NCBI GenBank assembly: GCA_963846435.1
Contig: CAWJVX010000007.1
Location: 728,817 to 792,816, forward strand
Length of the DNA: 64,000 bases
From: an uncultured Gemmatimonadales bacterium
Lineage (GTDB): Bacteria; Gemmatimonadota; Gemmatimonadetes; Gemmatimonadales; GWC2-71-9
Direction: 5' to 3'
Positions 33,684 to 45,034 of this stretch are shown here, piece after piece. A program made the translations under genes and the position numbers. The notes beneath the pieces were generated by a model, which ran no database searches, had not been told where the DNA came from, and saw only the letters and a program-made list of their open reading frames with translations. Every line of letters begins with the position of its first letter. Positions within the stretch are counted from its first letter, which is position 1.

Positions 33684-34990
33684 TGAGCCTTCCAATGAGA
33701 TCCGAGGTTTTGCGCCGCCGGATGGCGGGAATCGGCCTGGTTCTGCTTGGCGCGGGCGCCTGGGGCTGCGGCGGCGACTCGGGCCTCCGCGTCTCGGAGC
33801 TGGAAATGCCATCCGCGGGCAAGCCGCAATCGGCCGATCCCGGTCTCGCAATCGTACCCGGCTCCGGCGATCTGGTGTTGAGCTGGATCGAGGGCGATGG
33901 GAAGATCTGGGGCCTGTATACCGCGCGATCCACAAACGGGGGGCTGCATTGGTCAGCACCGGTCCGCGTGGCCGGTGGGGCTGGCGCGCCGGATGAGGTG
34001 CATCCGCATGGGGAGTCCTCACCCCGGCTCGTGATCGGGCCGGGCGAGCGGATGGCGCTGGTCTGGCCGAATAGCATCACAGTCCCGGGTCGGAAATGGC
34101 CGGCGGCGATGCTCCGCTTTGCCAGGTCGGGTGACGGTGGCCTGCACTGGTCTCAGCCGGTCACCCTCAACGACGATACGACACGAGCTCCGGTGAGTCA
34201 CCAGTTCCACGGGGCGGCCTGGGTCGGCGACTCCGGCCTGACCGTCGCGTGGCTGGACGAGCGTGGATCGGCTACCCCGCTGGCCTCGGGGGCCGACGGT
34301 CACGCCGAGCACGCGGCGGAGCCCGACGCGAGCATTTACCTGGCTACATCCTCCGATTTTGGTCGTTCCTGGGGTCCCAACCGCCTGGCTTGGAACGCTG
34401 CATGTCCCTGCTGCCGAGTTTCGCTCGCCCGAGATCGAGACGGCCAGGCGGTTGCTGCCTGGCGGAAACATTTTCCGGGAAACGTTCGTGACGTCGTCAC
34501 GGCGGTGGCAGGCGCCCGCACCTCGGAGCCGAGGCGAGTTCACCCTGACGACTGGGCCTACGCCGGTTGCCCGCATACTGGCCCCGCTATCGCTACCGGC
34601 AGCGACGGGACGGTGCATGTGGCGTGGTACACCGGAAAGGAAGGCGGGCTTGGCGTGTACTACGCTCGCCAGACGCCCGGTGAAGGCGCCGGGCCAGCGG
34701 TGGACCTCGTCACCGGGCGCGGACTCGGAGTGGCCCATCCGGCCTTGGTGGCCGTTCCTGACGGTGGCGCTCTCGCGGCCTACGATGTGGCGGCTGACGG
34801 AAAGAGGCGCATCAGCCTTGCCCGCCTGCTGCCTGGGGGGCGGCTTGCCGGCCGGCTCGTGGTTGATGGCTCCGACGATGGCAAGTACCCGCAGCTCGCC
34901 CTGCTCAACGATAGTGTCGCTGTGCTGGGCTGGACCACGTCGAATGGAGACTCCTCCGAAATACGGCTTGCCCGGGTCAGCCTTCGGTAA
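33671..34990 (+). CDS. BNR/Asp-box repeat (sialidase-fold) lipoprotein
   Basis: Lipobox-like LLGAGAWGC. Asp-boxes [18 protein letters not shown] and SSDFGRSWG. Overlaps the end of the receptor gene. Confidence 0.7.
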   Translation: MEPMMSLPMRSEVLRRRMAGIGLVLLGAGAWGCGGDSGLRVSELEMPSAGKPQSADPGLAIVPGSGDLVLSWIEGDGKIWGLYTARSTNGGLHWSAPVRVAGGAGAPDEVHPHGESSPRLVIGPGERMALVWPNSITVPGRKWPAAMLRFARSGDGGLHWSQPVTLNDDTTRAPVSHQFHGAAWVGDSGLTVAWLDERGSATPLASGADGHAEHAAEPDASIYLATSSDFGRSWGPNRLAWNAACPCCRVSLARDRDGQAVAAWRKHFPGNVRDVVTAVAGARTSEPRRVHPDDWAYAGCPHTGPAIATGSDGTVHVAWYTGKEGGLGVYYARQTPGEGAGPAVDLVTGRGLGVAHPALVAVPDGGALAAYDVAADGKRRISLARLLPGGRLAGRLVVDGSDDGKYPQLALLNDSVAVLGWTTSNGDSSEIRLARVSLR

Positions 34991-34993
34991 CGC

Positions 34994-35015
34994 GAAGGGC
35001 GGGAAGCCGCCCTTC
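34994..35015 (+). terminator. Stem-loop terminator candidate
   Basis: GAAGGGCGG-GAAG-CCGCCCTTC (9-bp perfect stem) 4 nt after the stop at 34990. The downstream T-tract is weak. Confidence 0.5.
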
Positions 35016-35050
35016 CGCCCTTCCGCTCTTCTCGCTAGCTTCCCGCCCCG

Positions 35051-35590
35051 ATGCCCTCCCGCACGCCTCTTCTCGACGACCGCGCTTTCGGCCGCACCCT
35101 GTCGCGCATGGCCAGCGAGATCGTCGAGCGAAGCCGGGGCACCGAAGAGCTCGTGCTGGTGGGCATCCAGCGCCGAGGGGTCGAGCTCGCCGACCGATTG
35201 AAGCGTCTGATCGATGCCTCCGAAGGCTCGAACCTCCCCTGCGGCAAGCTCGACATCACCCTCTACAGAGACGATCTCCAGACCATCGGCCCCCGGCCGG
35301 TGGTAGGCGAGACCAGGCTGCCGGACCTCGACGGCAAGACGGTCGTCATCGTGGACGACGTGCTCTACACCGGCCGCACGGTTCGGGCGGCGCTCGACGA
35401 GTTCGCCGACTTCGGACGTCCGCGACGGGTGCTGCTCTGTGTCCTCATCGATCGGGGAGGCCGCGAGCTTCCAATCCAGGCCGACATCGTCGGTACCAGC
35501 GTCAGCACCGGCGCCAAGGATCGGGTCGACGTCTTTGTCTCCGAGCTGGACGGCCGCGACGCCGTCGAGCTGGTGCGGAGTGCGGGATGA
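35051..35590 (+). CDS. pyrR: Bifunctional pyrimidine operon regulator / uracil phosphoribosyltransferase PyrR
   Basis: [14 protein letters not shown]...; PRPP motif [18 protein letters not shown]; 179 aa; precedes pyrB. Confidence 0.93.
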   Translation: MPSRTPLLDDRAFGRTLSRMASEIVERSRGTEELVLVGIQRRGVELADRLKRLIDASEGSNLPCGKLDITLYRDDLQTIGPRPVVGETRLPDLDGKTVVIVDDVLYTGRTVRAALDEFADFGRPRRVLLCVLIDRGGRELPIQADIVGTSVSTGAKDRVDVFVSELDGRDAVELVRSAG

Positions 35591-36546
35591 CCTCTCCCAC
35601 GCTGGGGAAGGACCTGGTCGGCCTCGAGCCGCTGAGCGCGGAGCAGATTCAGCTCATTCTCGACACGGCGGAGCCCTTCAAGGAGGTCAGCGAACGGGCC
35701 ATCAAGAAGGTGCCGGCGCTGCGGGGCAAGACGATCGTCAACCTCTTCTTCGAGGCTTCCACCCGCACCCGCATCTCCTTCGAGTTCGCCGAAAAGCGAC
35801 TCTCCGCCGACACGGTGAACGTGGCCGCGGCCGGCTCCTCGGTGAGCAAGGGGGAAACGCTGGTCGATACTGCCAAGAATCTCGAGGCCATGCGGATCGA
35901 CATGGTGGTGATCCGCCACGGCGCGTCGGGTGCGGCGCAGTTCTTGGGGCAGCGGATCCGGTCCAACGTGATCAACGCGGGAGACGGCAAGCACGAGCAT
36001 CCGACCCAGGGGCTGCTCGACATGCTCACCCTGCGCGATCGGTTCAAGCGACTCAAGGGGCTGAAGGTCGCGATCTGCGGCGACATCCTGCACAGCCGGG
36101 TGGCTCGCAGCAACATCTGGGGCCTGACCAAGCTGGGCGCGGAGGTGGGAGTGTGCGGGCCGGCCTCGCTGCTGCCCCGCAACGTCCAGGATCTCGGGGT
36201 CACGATCCTGCCCCGGATCGAGGATGCGATCCAGTGGGCCGACGCGCTCAATGTGCTCCGGCTCCAGCTGGAGCGCATGGAAGCGGGCTTCTTCCCCTCG
36301 CTGCGAGAATACAACCGGGTGTTCGGTGTTACCAATGAGCGCCTTGCCCGCGCACCCAAGGATCTACTCATTCTGCACCCGGGGCCGATGAACCGGGGGG
36401 TCGAGATCGACAGCGATGTGGCCGACGGTCCCCACAGCGTCATCCTGCCCCAGGTAACCAATGGCGTGGCAGTTCGCATGGCGGTGCTGTATCTGCTTGC
36501 AGGCGGCTCCCCCGACTGGGCCCACCGGGGCGCCGCGGAGCGATGA
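35587..36546 (+). CDS. pyrB: Aspartate carbamoyltransferase catalytic subunit
   Basis: [19 protein letters not shown] and [12 protein letters not shown] motifs. ATGA overlap with pyrR. Confidence 0.95.
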   Translation: MTSPTLGKDLVGLEPLSAEQIQLILDTAEPFKEVSERAIKKVPALRGKTIVNLFFEASTRTRISFEFAEKRLSADTVNVAAAGSSVSKGETLVDTAKNLEAMRIDMVVIRHGASGAAQFLGQRIRSNVINAGDGKHEHPTQGLLDMLTLRDRFKRLKGLKVAICGDILHSRVARSNIWGLTKLGAEVGVCGPASLLPRNVQDLGVTILPRIEDAIQWADALNVLRLQLERMEAGFFPSLREYNRVFGVTNERLARAPKDLLILHPGPMNRGVEIDSDVADGPHSVILPQVTNGVAVRMAVLYLLAGGSPDWAHRGAAER

Positions 36547-37829
36547 AGCCGATCCTGATTCGCGGTGGCCGGGTCATCGATCCGTCGCGGGGGACCGATG
36601 GCGTCGCCGATGTCTATCTCGAAGGGGGCAAGGTCGCCGCGGTGGGCCGCGACATCGGTACCCCCGATGGCGCAGTGGTGCTCGATGCCACCGGCAAGGT
36701 CGTCACTCCCGGGCTGATCGATCTCCACGTGCACCTGCGGGAGCCGGGGCAGGAGGAGTTGGAGACGGTGGCAACCGGCGCAATGGCAGCGGCCGCAGGG
36801 GGATTTACCGCGGTCTGCGCCATGCCCAACACCGACCCGGTCACCGATAACCAGGCCGCCATCGGCTTCATCGTGAGTCAGGCTCAACGTGCCGGTAAGG
36901 CGCGGGTCTACCCTATCGGCGCCGTCTCTCTCGGACAGAAGGGACAGCAGCTCGCCGAGTTTGGCGAGCTGGTTGGCGCCGGGGCGGTGGCCGTCAGCGA
37001 TGACGGCAAGCCGGTGGTCTCCAGCCACCTGATGCGAACCGCCCTGGAGTACGCCCGCACGTTCGGAATTCCGGTTGCGGACCACTGCGAGGATCCCACC
37101 CTCGCGGCCGGCGGTGCCATGCACGAGGGGATCGTTTCGACCCGGCTGGGCCTGAAGGGAATACCTTCCGCGGCCGAGGAGATCATGGTCGCACGCAACA
37201 TCCTGCTGGCGGAGCTGACCGGTGGACACGTGCATCTGTGTCACATGTCGACCCGCGGCTCGGCCGAGCTGATCCGGCGGGGGAAAGACAAGGGTATCCG
37301 GGTCACCGCCGAGGCGTGTCCCCACCACTTCACCCTGACACACGAGCGGTGCGAAGGCTACGATACCAACGCGAAGATGAACCCGCCGTTGCGGGAGGCG
37401 GAGGATCGAGAGGCCATCCGCCAGGCACTCCGGGATGGGACCATCGACGCCATCTGTACCGACCACGCTCCCCACCATTACGACGCCAAGGAGCGGGAGT
37501 TCGACAACGCACCCAATGGGATCATTGGCCTCGAGACGGCGCTGGGCCTGGCCATCAGCGAGCTGGTGGAGCCGGGTCTTCTGACACTCCCCGAGCTGGT
37601 GAACCGCATGAGCACCATGCCGGCGCGTATTTTCAATCTGCCCGGCGGCACCCTCGCCAGCGGCTCTCCTGCCGATGTGCTCATCGCCGATCCCAAGGCG
37701 GAGTGGGTCGTCGACCCGGCCGACTTCTTCTCCAAGAGCCGCAACACGCCCTTCAGCGGACGCCGGCTCACCGGCCGGGCCGAGGTGACGATCGTCCGGG
37801 GCCAGGTCGTGTTCCAGCGAGCCCGCTGA
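36543..37829 (+). CDS. pyrC: Dihydroorotase
   Basis: [17 protein letters not shown] and the amidohydrolase fold pattern. ATGA overlap with pyrB. Confidence 0.93.
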   Translation: MKPILIRGGRVIDPSRGTDGVADVYLEGGKVAAVGRDIGTPDGAVVLDATGKVVTPGLIDLHVHLREPGQEELETVATGAMAAAAGGFTAVCAMPNTDPVTDNQAAIGFIVSQAQRAGKARVYPIGAVSLGQKGQQLAEFGELVGAGAVAVSDDGKPVVSSHLMRTALEYARTFGIPVADHCEDPTLAAGGAMHEGIVSTRLGLKGIPSAAEEIMVARNILLAELTGGHVHLCHMSTRGSAELIRRGKDKGIRVTAEACPHHFTLTHERCEGYDTNAKMNPPLREAEDREAIRQALRDGTIDAICTDHAPHHYDAKEREFDNAPNGIIGLETALGLAISELVEPGLLTLPELVNRMSTMPARIFNLPGGTLASGSPADVLIADPKAEWVVDPADFFSKSRNTPFSGRRLTGRAEVTIVRGQVVFQRAR

Positions 37830-37943
37830 GAGGGGGCCACCCCAGAGGCTGTCGGGAGGCCCCGACCGAATTAGATTTGCATCTGAGGGTGCTCACCCGG
37901 CATCAGATCGACGCCTAAGGGCGGATGAGAGGAACCCCTTCCC

Positions 37944-38816
37944 ATGGCCAAAACGACCACGGATTCTGAAGTGACGATCGAGGCGCTGCTGGAGCAACGC
38001 TCACAGTACGAGGAGTGGATCCTCCGGCTCGACACGTCAGGCGACAAGGCTTCACCCGCCGTACGCCAGCGGGTGCGGGGCGACTACGAGGCTCGACTCG
38101 AGTCGGTGATGGAGCAGCTGCGAGGGCGCAGTGCCGCCATCGCCGAGGAGCTCGAGCGGCAGCACGCCTCTCAGGCCGAGCTCGATCGGGAACGGCGATC
38201 CGCGGAAGAGGCGCTGGCGGAGGCCGAGGTACGGCACTCGGTGGGAGAATACAGCGAGGAGGAGTGGCGGCGGCACAGCGAGCAGAGCAAGCGAGGCATC
38301 GAGCAGCTCCGCACCAGGCTCCGGGCGATTGGCAGCGAGATCGCCCGACTCACGGAAATCCAGGCCCTGATCGCGGGGCCGCGCGGCGCTCCCGCGCCGG
38401 CACCCCCGCCGCCCCCTGCCCCCCGCGCCGCTCGCCCCGAGATGGTCGAGCAGGCGCCCATGGTTACCCACGTTGCCGACGAGCCCGAGGCGGTGCAGCC
38501 GCCCTCGCCCAAGCGACCCCAACCTGAGCCGGCGGCGGCTCCGGTGGACGAGATGACCTTCCTGAAGTCGGTCTCCGACGACGAGCCCTCCCGGCTGGCG
38601 AGCAGGCGTCCGAGCAATCCGGGGATGCCAGCGGTTACCAACACTGCCACCGCGCCGCGCGAGTCCGCTCCCGCAGCCCCGGCGCCGGCATCAGGAGGTG
38701 GGGGGAAGGCGGCATCGGGTGTCGCCAAGACACTGAAGTGCGGTGAATGCGGAACGCTCAACCGTCCTACGGAGTGGTATTGCGAACGCTGTGGGGCTGA
38801 GCTGGCCGGGGTCTGA
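37944..38816 (+). CDS. Coiled-coil protein with Pro-rich linker and C-terminal zinc ribbon (hypothetical)
   Basis: N-terminal heptad-rich E/R/A region; APAPAPPPPPAP linker; C-terminal KCGECGTLNRPTEWYCERCG. Confidence 0.6.
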   Translation: MAKTTTDSEVTIEALLEQRSQYEEWILRLDTSGDKASPAVRQRVRGDYEARLESVMEQLRGRSAAIAEELERQHASQAELDRERRSAEEALAEAEVRHSVGEYSEEEWRRHSEQSKRGIEQLRTRLRAIGSEIARLTEIQALIAGPRGAPAPAPPPPPAPRAARPEMVEQAPMVTHVADEPEAVQPPSPKRPQPEPAAAPVDEMTFLKSVSDDEPSRLASRRPSNPGMPAVTNTATAPRESAPAAPAPASGGGGKAASGVAKTLKCGECGTLNRPTEWYCERCGAELAGV

Positions 38817-38817
38817 A

Positions 38818-39016
38818 AAGTAAGAAGTGAGAAGTAAGAGGTGAGAAGGTGAGAAGGCCATCTGAAAGCAACACTTTACTAGCACAAAGCTTATGTACTA
38901 GCCTTGAAGTAGTTTCTTAGGTCTGCACCCCGTCAAACTGAAAGGGCGCCCTTCAACCCAGGCGCCCCCATTGATTTCCCCTCTTACTTCTACTTCTCAC
39001 CTCTCACTTCTTACTT
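38818..39016. repeat. Heptamer-unit (AAGTRAG) imperfect inverted repeat flanking an AT-rich spacer between convergent genes
   Basis: Left arm 38818-38857: AAGTAAG AAGTGAG AAGTAAG AGGTGAG AAGGTGAG AAGG. Right arm 38978-39016 is the complementary CTYACTT-type tract. The outer 15 nt are perfectly complementary: AAGTAAGAAGTGAGA at 38818-38832 and TCTCACTTCTTACTT at 39002-39016. The right arm overlaps the rpsT stop and last codons. Confidence 0.85.
38944..38967. terminator. Bidirectional stem-loop terminator candidate
   Basis: GGGCGCC-N10-GGCGCCC (7-bp GC stem) between convergent genes. A-rich on the 5' side (AAACTGAAA) and T-containing on the 3' side (CCATTGATTT). Confidence 0.5.
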
Positions 39017-39255
39017 GCCACCAGCTTCGCCAGCCGACTCTTCTGCCGGGCTGCGGCGTTCTTATGGACGATGCTCTTCTGCGCGGCGCGGTCGAGTAGC
39101 TTCACGGCCTCGGCGTAGGCAGCGACAGCCTCGGCCCCGACCGCAGCGCGGACTTTCCTGAGCGCTGTCCGTAACTCGCTTCGGTGGGTCCGGTTCTGGA
39201 TGGCGCGGGCCCGACCTTGGCGCATGCGTTTGGCGGCGGACTTGATACGGGGCAC
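39004..39255 (-). CDS. rpsT: 30S ribosomal protein S20
   Basis: GTG start with GAGG RBS. VPRIKSAAKRMRQGRARAIQNRTHRSELRTALRKV... is typical S20. The ATG at 39324 would add an atypical 23-aa extension. Confidence 0.88.
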   Translation of the reverse strand: MPRIKSAAKRMRQGRARAIQNRTHRSELRTALRKVRAAVGAEAVAAYAEAVKLLDRAAQKSIVHKNAAARQKSRLAKLVASKK

Positions 39256-39435
39256 GGAGACCTCAGTAACAGAGAAGTGCGTTCCGGAAACGCTCCGGAA
39301 GGTGAGCCTGAGAAAATAGGCCACCGAGTCTGCAAGGTCAAGCGGGACGCGGCTTTGACTTTGTCCTTATCGCGCGTTTAACCTTCGGCGCCCCCAAATC
39401 GAGGCGGTCTCCTGGATCGACAACTCGGCGATTTT

Positions 39436-40113
39436 GTGCTGGCCTTCCCTATGCTGGTTTTTGCTATGTGCGCTCATGAATATGCTCACGCCGCCACCGC
39501 ACTCCGGCAGGGGGACGACACGGCATACCGACTTGGCCGGGTCACCCTCAATCCGCTGCCGCACATCGATCCCTGGATGAGCATTCTCATGCCCGCGCTG
39601 ATCTGGTTCGGCTCCCACGGACAATACACCTTCGGCGGCGCCAAGCCGGTGCCGGTGGACTCGCGCAAGTTCAAGGACTATGTCAAAGGCGATCTCTTGG
39701 TCTCCGCGGCCGGAGTCATCACCAATCTGATAATCGCATTGACCTGCTCGGTGGTGTTCGTCCTTCTCGGTCTGCTGGCCGCGTCGGTGCCCTCCGCCAC
39801 ACCGGTGCTCGATACGGCCCAGCGCATGATGGTATATGGGATCTGGCTGAACCTGGTGCTCTGCTTCTTCAACCTGATCCCGGTTCCACCACTCGATGGC
39901 TCCCATCTTCTGTACCACGCACTTCCACCGCAGGCGGGCAGCTGGTACCGTGGGTTACAGCGCTTCGGCTATCTGCCCCTCTTCATCCTGTTGTTCCTGT
40001 TCCCGCCGGTGGTATCGATTCTCCTGACGCCCGCCTATGTGATTCGGAATGCGCTGCTGCGGGTGATCCTGCCGTTCCATGTCGGGGACGGGTGGAACAT
40101 CTTTCAGTCATGA
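39436..40113 (+). CDS. Site-2 protease family (peptidase M50) membrane metalloprotease
   Basis: HEYAH zinc motif; GDDTAYRLGRVTLNPLPHIDP; NLIPVPPLDGSH. The start is uncertain: GTG 39436 leaves only 13 aa before HExxH. Confidence 0.82.
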   Translation: MLAFPMLVFAMCAHEYAHAATALRQGDDTAYRLGRVTLNPLPHIDPWMSILMPALIWFGSHGQYTFGGAKPVPVDSRKFKDYVKGDLLVSAAGVITNLIIALTCSVVFVLLGLLAASVPSATPVLDTAQRMMVYGIWLNLVLCFFNLIPVPPLDGSHLLYHALPPQAGSWYRGLQRFGYLPLFILLFLFPPVVSILLTPAYVIRNALLRVILPFHVGDGWNIFQS

Positions 40114-40874
40114 CCGCCACCGAACCCACGACCCTGCCCGAGGCACCCACCAGCGCCTTGGGTGCGGGGTCGGGCTTTGTGGTGGAGCTGGAGGCGTTCT
40201 CCGGACCGCTCGACCTCTTGCTGCACCTCCTGCGGGAGGAGCAGCTCGAAATCGCCGATATCCCCATCGCGCGGATCGCCGATCAATTTCTTCAGGCGGT
40301 CCACGAGCTCGGTCTCAACCAGGCGGCGGACTATCTCGATATGGCCAGCCGGCTGGTGCGGCTCAAAGCGCAGATGCTGCTTCCCCGGCGGGCGGAGGAG
40401 GATGGCTGGGAGGATCCGCGGGCGGAGCTGGTCAGGCGGCTGCTGGAGTATCAGCAGATCCGCGAGGTGGCGGTCTGGCTGGGACACGCCGCCGAAAAGC
40501 GAGCCGAGCAGCTGGTCCGGGGCTACTTGCCGCCGCCACCCGCTCTCCCGCCGCCGCCGCTCACGCTCAACCTGTTCGACATGCTGGCCGCCATTGACCG
40601 GGTGATTGCCGGAATGCCTTCACCAGTCCTGCATCGGGTGGTTGCCCGACCGCTGGACGTTGAATCGGCGACCCGGCGCATCGAAGACCTGCTCCTGGAC
40701 CGGGACGAGATCCGGTGGCTCGACGCCCTGGGCTCGGGGAGCACGATCGTCGACGTCCTCTCCACGCTGCTGGCCCTGCTGGAGCTGGCCAAGCGGGGAA
40801 GCCTCCGGCTGCTCCAGCCCACCCCTTTCTGCCCCATGGTGATCGCTCGTGAGTCCACTCGCCCAGCTGCTTGA
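40110..40874 (+). CDS. scpA: Segregation and condensation protein A
   Basis: LEAFSGPLDLLLHLLREEQLEIADIPIARIADQFL... is canonical ScpA. ATGA overlap with the upstream gene. Confidence 0.9.
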   Translation: MTATEPTTLPEAPTSALGAGSGFVVELEAFSGPLDLLLHLLREEQLEIADIPIARIADQFLQAVHELGLNQAADYLDMASRLVRLKAQMLLPRRAEEDGWEDPRAELVRRLLEYQQIREVAVWLGHAAEKRAEQLVRGYLPPPPALPPPPLTLNLFDMLAAIDRVIAGMPSPVLHRVVARPLDVESATRRIEDLLLDRDEIRWLDALGSGSTIVDVLSTLLALLELAKRGSLRLLQPTPFCPMVIARESTRPAA

Positions 40875-41433
40875 AGCAGCGCTGTTCTCCGCCTGCCGGC
40901 CACTGACGGTGGAGGAGTTGGCCACGCTCGACCCGGATGCCAGCGCCGCCGACGTGCGCGTGGCACTGGAGCAGCTTCGCGAGCACTACGACTTCAACCA
41001 GCACGGGGTGGAGCTGGTCGAGCTGGCCGGTGGCTATCAGATCCTGACCCGGCCGGTGCATGCCGCGGCGATCGAGCGAGCCCAGTTCTCGGTCCGCACC
41101 CCGAAGCTCACGGCGGCCACCCTGGAAACGCTGGCGGTCATCGCCTACCGCCAGCCGGTGGGGCGAATTGAGATCGAGGAGATTCGGGGGGTCTCAGCCG
41201 GCGGCGTGCTGCGGTCGCTTCAGGAGCGAGGTCTGATCGAGGTCGTCGGGCGCAGCGAAGCACTTGGGCGGCCGCTCCTCTACGGGACGACGGCCTTGTT
41301 CCTGGAGCTGCTGGGCATGCGAGACCTGGCCGATCTTCCCAAGGCCGAGGAGCTCACCATCGCCCTGCAGCCGCATCGGGCGACAGCCGAAGGTGCGGAC
41401 GACGCGGCGGCATATGTCGAGGCCGAATCATGA
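40849..41433 (+). CDS. scpB: Segregation and condensation protein B
   Basis: LLEAALFSACRPLTVEEL...ETLAVIAYRQPVGRIEIEEIRGV...LGRPLLYGTT. Confidence 0.9.
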   Translation: MSPLAQLLEAALFSACRPLTVEELATLDPDASAADVRVALEQLREHYDFNQHGVELVELAGGYQILTRPVHAAAIERAQFSVRTPKLTAATLETLAVIAYRQPVGRIEIEEIRGVSAGGVLRSLQERGLIEVVGRSEALGRPLLYGTTALFLELLGMRDLADLPKAEELTIALQPHRATAEGADDAAAYVEAES

Positions 41434-42220
41434 GTGAGATGCGGCTCCAGCGGGCGCTGGCTCGGGCCGGGGTTGCTTCCCGGCGAGCCGCAGAGAAGCT
41501 GATCGAGGATGGCCAGGTGAAGGTCGACGGCAAGCCGGCCACCCTGGGCATGAAGGTGGATCCCGAGCGTCAGCGGATCACGGTCGGCAAGAAGTCGGTG
41601 AAGACCCAGGCGCGTCGGTGGCTCGCGTTCCACAAGCCGCTCGGCGTGGTCACCACTGCCAGCGACGAAGAAGGTCGTCGGACCGTGCTCGACTTCATTC
41701 CCAATCCTGCCGCCCTGACGTACGTCGGCCGGCTCGATGTCATGACGACCGGACTGCTGATCCTCACCACCGATGGAGAAGCCGTGCACCGGCTCACTCA
41801 TCCCCGATACCGCATACCTCGCCGGTACACGGCACTGGTCCACGGCCGGCCGGCCGCCGAAATAGCGGCAGTGGCACGGGAGCGCATCGTGATCGACGGA
41901 CGTGCGGTCCTGCCTACCGACGTAAAAGTCAGGCCAGGCAAGGAGGGACGCAGCATCCTGGACCTCACCCTGGAGGAGGGGCGCAACCGGATCGTTCGTC
42001 GGTGGTGCGAGGCGATGGGTCTCAAGGTCGATCGCCTGGCTCGGCTCTCGTATGGGCCCGTCAGGTTGGGGGACCTGGCGCCTGGCCGGTATCGGCCCCT
42101 CACGCCGCGAGAGGAGGCAGCGCTGTACAAGTCGGTCCACCTCAATCCCGAAGGCATTGAAACCGGTGCCGGGGTGAGGGCGTCCGGAAAGCGGACCAGC
42201 CACGCATCCAGGAGCGCGAA

Positions 42221-42224
<4 letters not shown>
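41430..42224 (+). CDS. rluB: Pseudouridine synthase, RsuA/RluB family, with S4 domain
   Basis: RLQRALARAGVASRRAAEKLIEDGQVKVDG (S4 domain). Catalytic GRLDVMTTGLLILTTDGE. Confidence 0.8.
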
Positions 42225-43201
<977 letters not shown>

Positions 43202-43204
43202 AGA

Positions 43205-43292
43205 GCGTGAACTGTAAACGGTGAACAGGTCAACAGGTCTCAACACGCACCTCCTCGCGTTTACCCTTCACAGTTCAACCATTCACGCCGTT
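43205..43292. repeat. Heptamer-unit (GTRAACN) imperfect inverted repeat filling the moxR-DUF58 spacer
   Basis: Left arm: GCGTGAA CTGTAAA CGGTGAA CAGGTCA ACAGGTC TCAAC. Right arm: GCGTTTACC CTTCACA GTTCAAC CATTCAC GCCGTT, the complementary GTGAA-type units. Confidence 0.75.
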
Positions 43293-43296
43293 AGCC

Positions 43297-44182
43297 ATGT
43301 CCGTCTCTCCCGAGATCCTCAAACAGGTCAAGGCCATCGAGCTCCGAACCCGGGGCCTGGTGGGCTCACTGTTCGCGGGTGAGTACCGATCGGTGTTTCG
43401 GGGGCAGGGGATGGAGTTCGCGGAAGTGCGCGCGTACGAGCACGGCGACGACTTCCGCTCGATCGACTGGAACGTGTCGGCCCGCCTGGCCAGTCCTTAT
43501 GTCAAGACATTTACCGAGGAGCGGGAGCTCACCGTGATGCTGGTGGTGGATCAGTCCGGATCGACTCGGTTCGGTGAGCCGGTGACCAAGGCGGGGCTCT
43601 CGGTGGAGATCGCCGCCGTGTTGGCCCTCGCCGCGGCGCATCACAACGACCGGGTAGGCGCGCTGCTCTTCTCCGACATGGTCGAGCGGGTGATCCCGCC
43701 GCGGAAAGGGCGCCGCCATGCGCTCCGCGTGATTCGGGACCTGGTTGCATTTCAGCCCGCCGGGCGCCGGACCAATCTCGGCGCCAGCCTGTCGTATGCC
43801 AGCCGGGTGCTCCGGCATCGCAGCATTGTGGTGGTGCTATCCGATTTCATTGCCGAGGGCTGGGAACGTCCGCTTCGCCGGCTCGGGGCACGGCACGAGG
43901 TCGTGGCGATCACCGTAGACGATCCGCGAGAGCACGACCTACCCGATTCCGGGTTGGATCGAGATCGTGGACGCGGAGTCCGACCGGCGGGTGCTGCTCG
44001 ATACCGGTAGCAGGGACGTGCGAGCGCGAGTGGCGTTCCTCGCGGAGCGCCGCCGGGAGGATCGGGCGCGGGCCCTTGCGGCGTCCGGGGCCGATCACGT
44101 CCGGCTGGAGACCGGCAGGGATTACACCATCCCCCTGCGCCGGGCCTTCGCCCGCCGGGCTCGCCGGATCAATCGCGCGTGA
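43297..44182 (+). pseudogene. DUF58 family protein (MoxR-associated), frame-disrupted near 43954
   Basis: FRSIDWNVSARL and VVLSDF motifs. The join DLPDSG|WIEIVDAESDRRVLLDTGS needs a +1 shift. The tail ORF 43967..44182 ends in a TGA that overlaps the next GTG. Confidence 0.85.
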
Positions 44183-45034
44183 CCAGCCTGGCCGGATTCG
44201 CTGGGCTTTTCTTCCTTCCTGTCTGGCTGGGGACCGGCGGTCCGCTTCAGGGGCAGGCGCCCAGCGTCGGTGACACGGTGTGGCTGAGCCGAACGGTGCG
44301 TGTTCCGGCTGGCTATGCGGTCCGAGCGGCGGAGTGGGAGCCAGCGGATCCGCTCGAGCTGCTCGGGCGGGGCCGCGTAGTCCTGGCGGGAGACTCAGCC
44401 CAGATCGCCTATCCGGTCGTTGTTTGGCGACCAGGACAATACACCATCGACCTCCCTGGACCGCTTCTGCTCGGACCGGAAGGAACGGTCGATTCCTTGC
44501 TAGGCGAGCGGATGAGTATCGCGGTGAGGAGCATCCTCCCGTCGGTGCCCTCCGACTCGGCCCTGGCCCCCCAACCTCGCGCAAGCCTCGTGTCCCGGAG
44601 GGTGGTGAGCCTGGTACCAGTCGCCCTGCTCTGGCTCGCGTCCCTGGCTCTGCTTCTGCCGGTTCACCTCTGGTGGCGTCGCCGCGGTAAGCCGGTCCGC
44701 ACGGCGCCACCCGGCCTTCGGCCCGATGAGCTCGAGCCTCCGCTGGCGCGCTGGGCCGATGCCGGGGAGCATCGAGCGGTTGCCAACGTGGCTGCGGCCC
44801 GTCTCCGCGCTGCCGTGGCGCAGCGGGTGACTTCAGCCCATCCGGGGTTGGACACCGAACGGGTCCTGGCCGAGATCGCTGCCGCGCGGCCTGAGTGGCC
44901 GCTGCGAGGAGTTGAGCGACCTGCTTCGGGCGCTCGATGACGCGCGCTTCGGCCTGATGCCCTCCACTGACGCGCTACGCCTCTCGCGATCGACCATGGA
45001 GATGCGCGACCGGCTGCTGCGCGACGCCGCATGA
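44179..45034 (+). pseudogene. Bat-operon membrane protein (position of the DUF4381-type gene), frame-disrupted near 44905
   Basis: Signal/TM at the N-terminus and a central TM LVPVALLWLASLALLLPVHLWWRRR. After PEWPL the +1 frame continues EELSDLLRALDDARFGLMPS...RDRLLRDAA. It ends at TGA 45032-45034, overlapping the batA ATG. Confidence 0.65.

Noticed and set aside
34994-35015. PyrR-binding attenuator hairpin upstream of pyrR.
   Set aside because: The stem-loop lacks the conserved purine-rich PyrR binding loop (ARUCCAGAGAGG-type). It sits 4 nt after the upstream stop, so a terminator for the BNR gene is more likely.
39256-39324. Longer S20 starting at ATG 39324.
   Set aside because: The extension MAYFLRLTFRSVSGTHFSVTEVS is not S20-like. 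GTG 39255 has a GAGG RBS and yields the canonical (M)PRIKSAAKR N-terminus.
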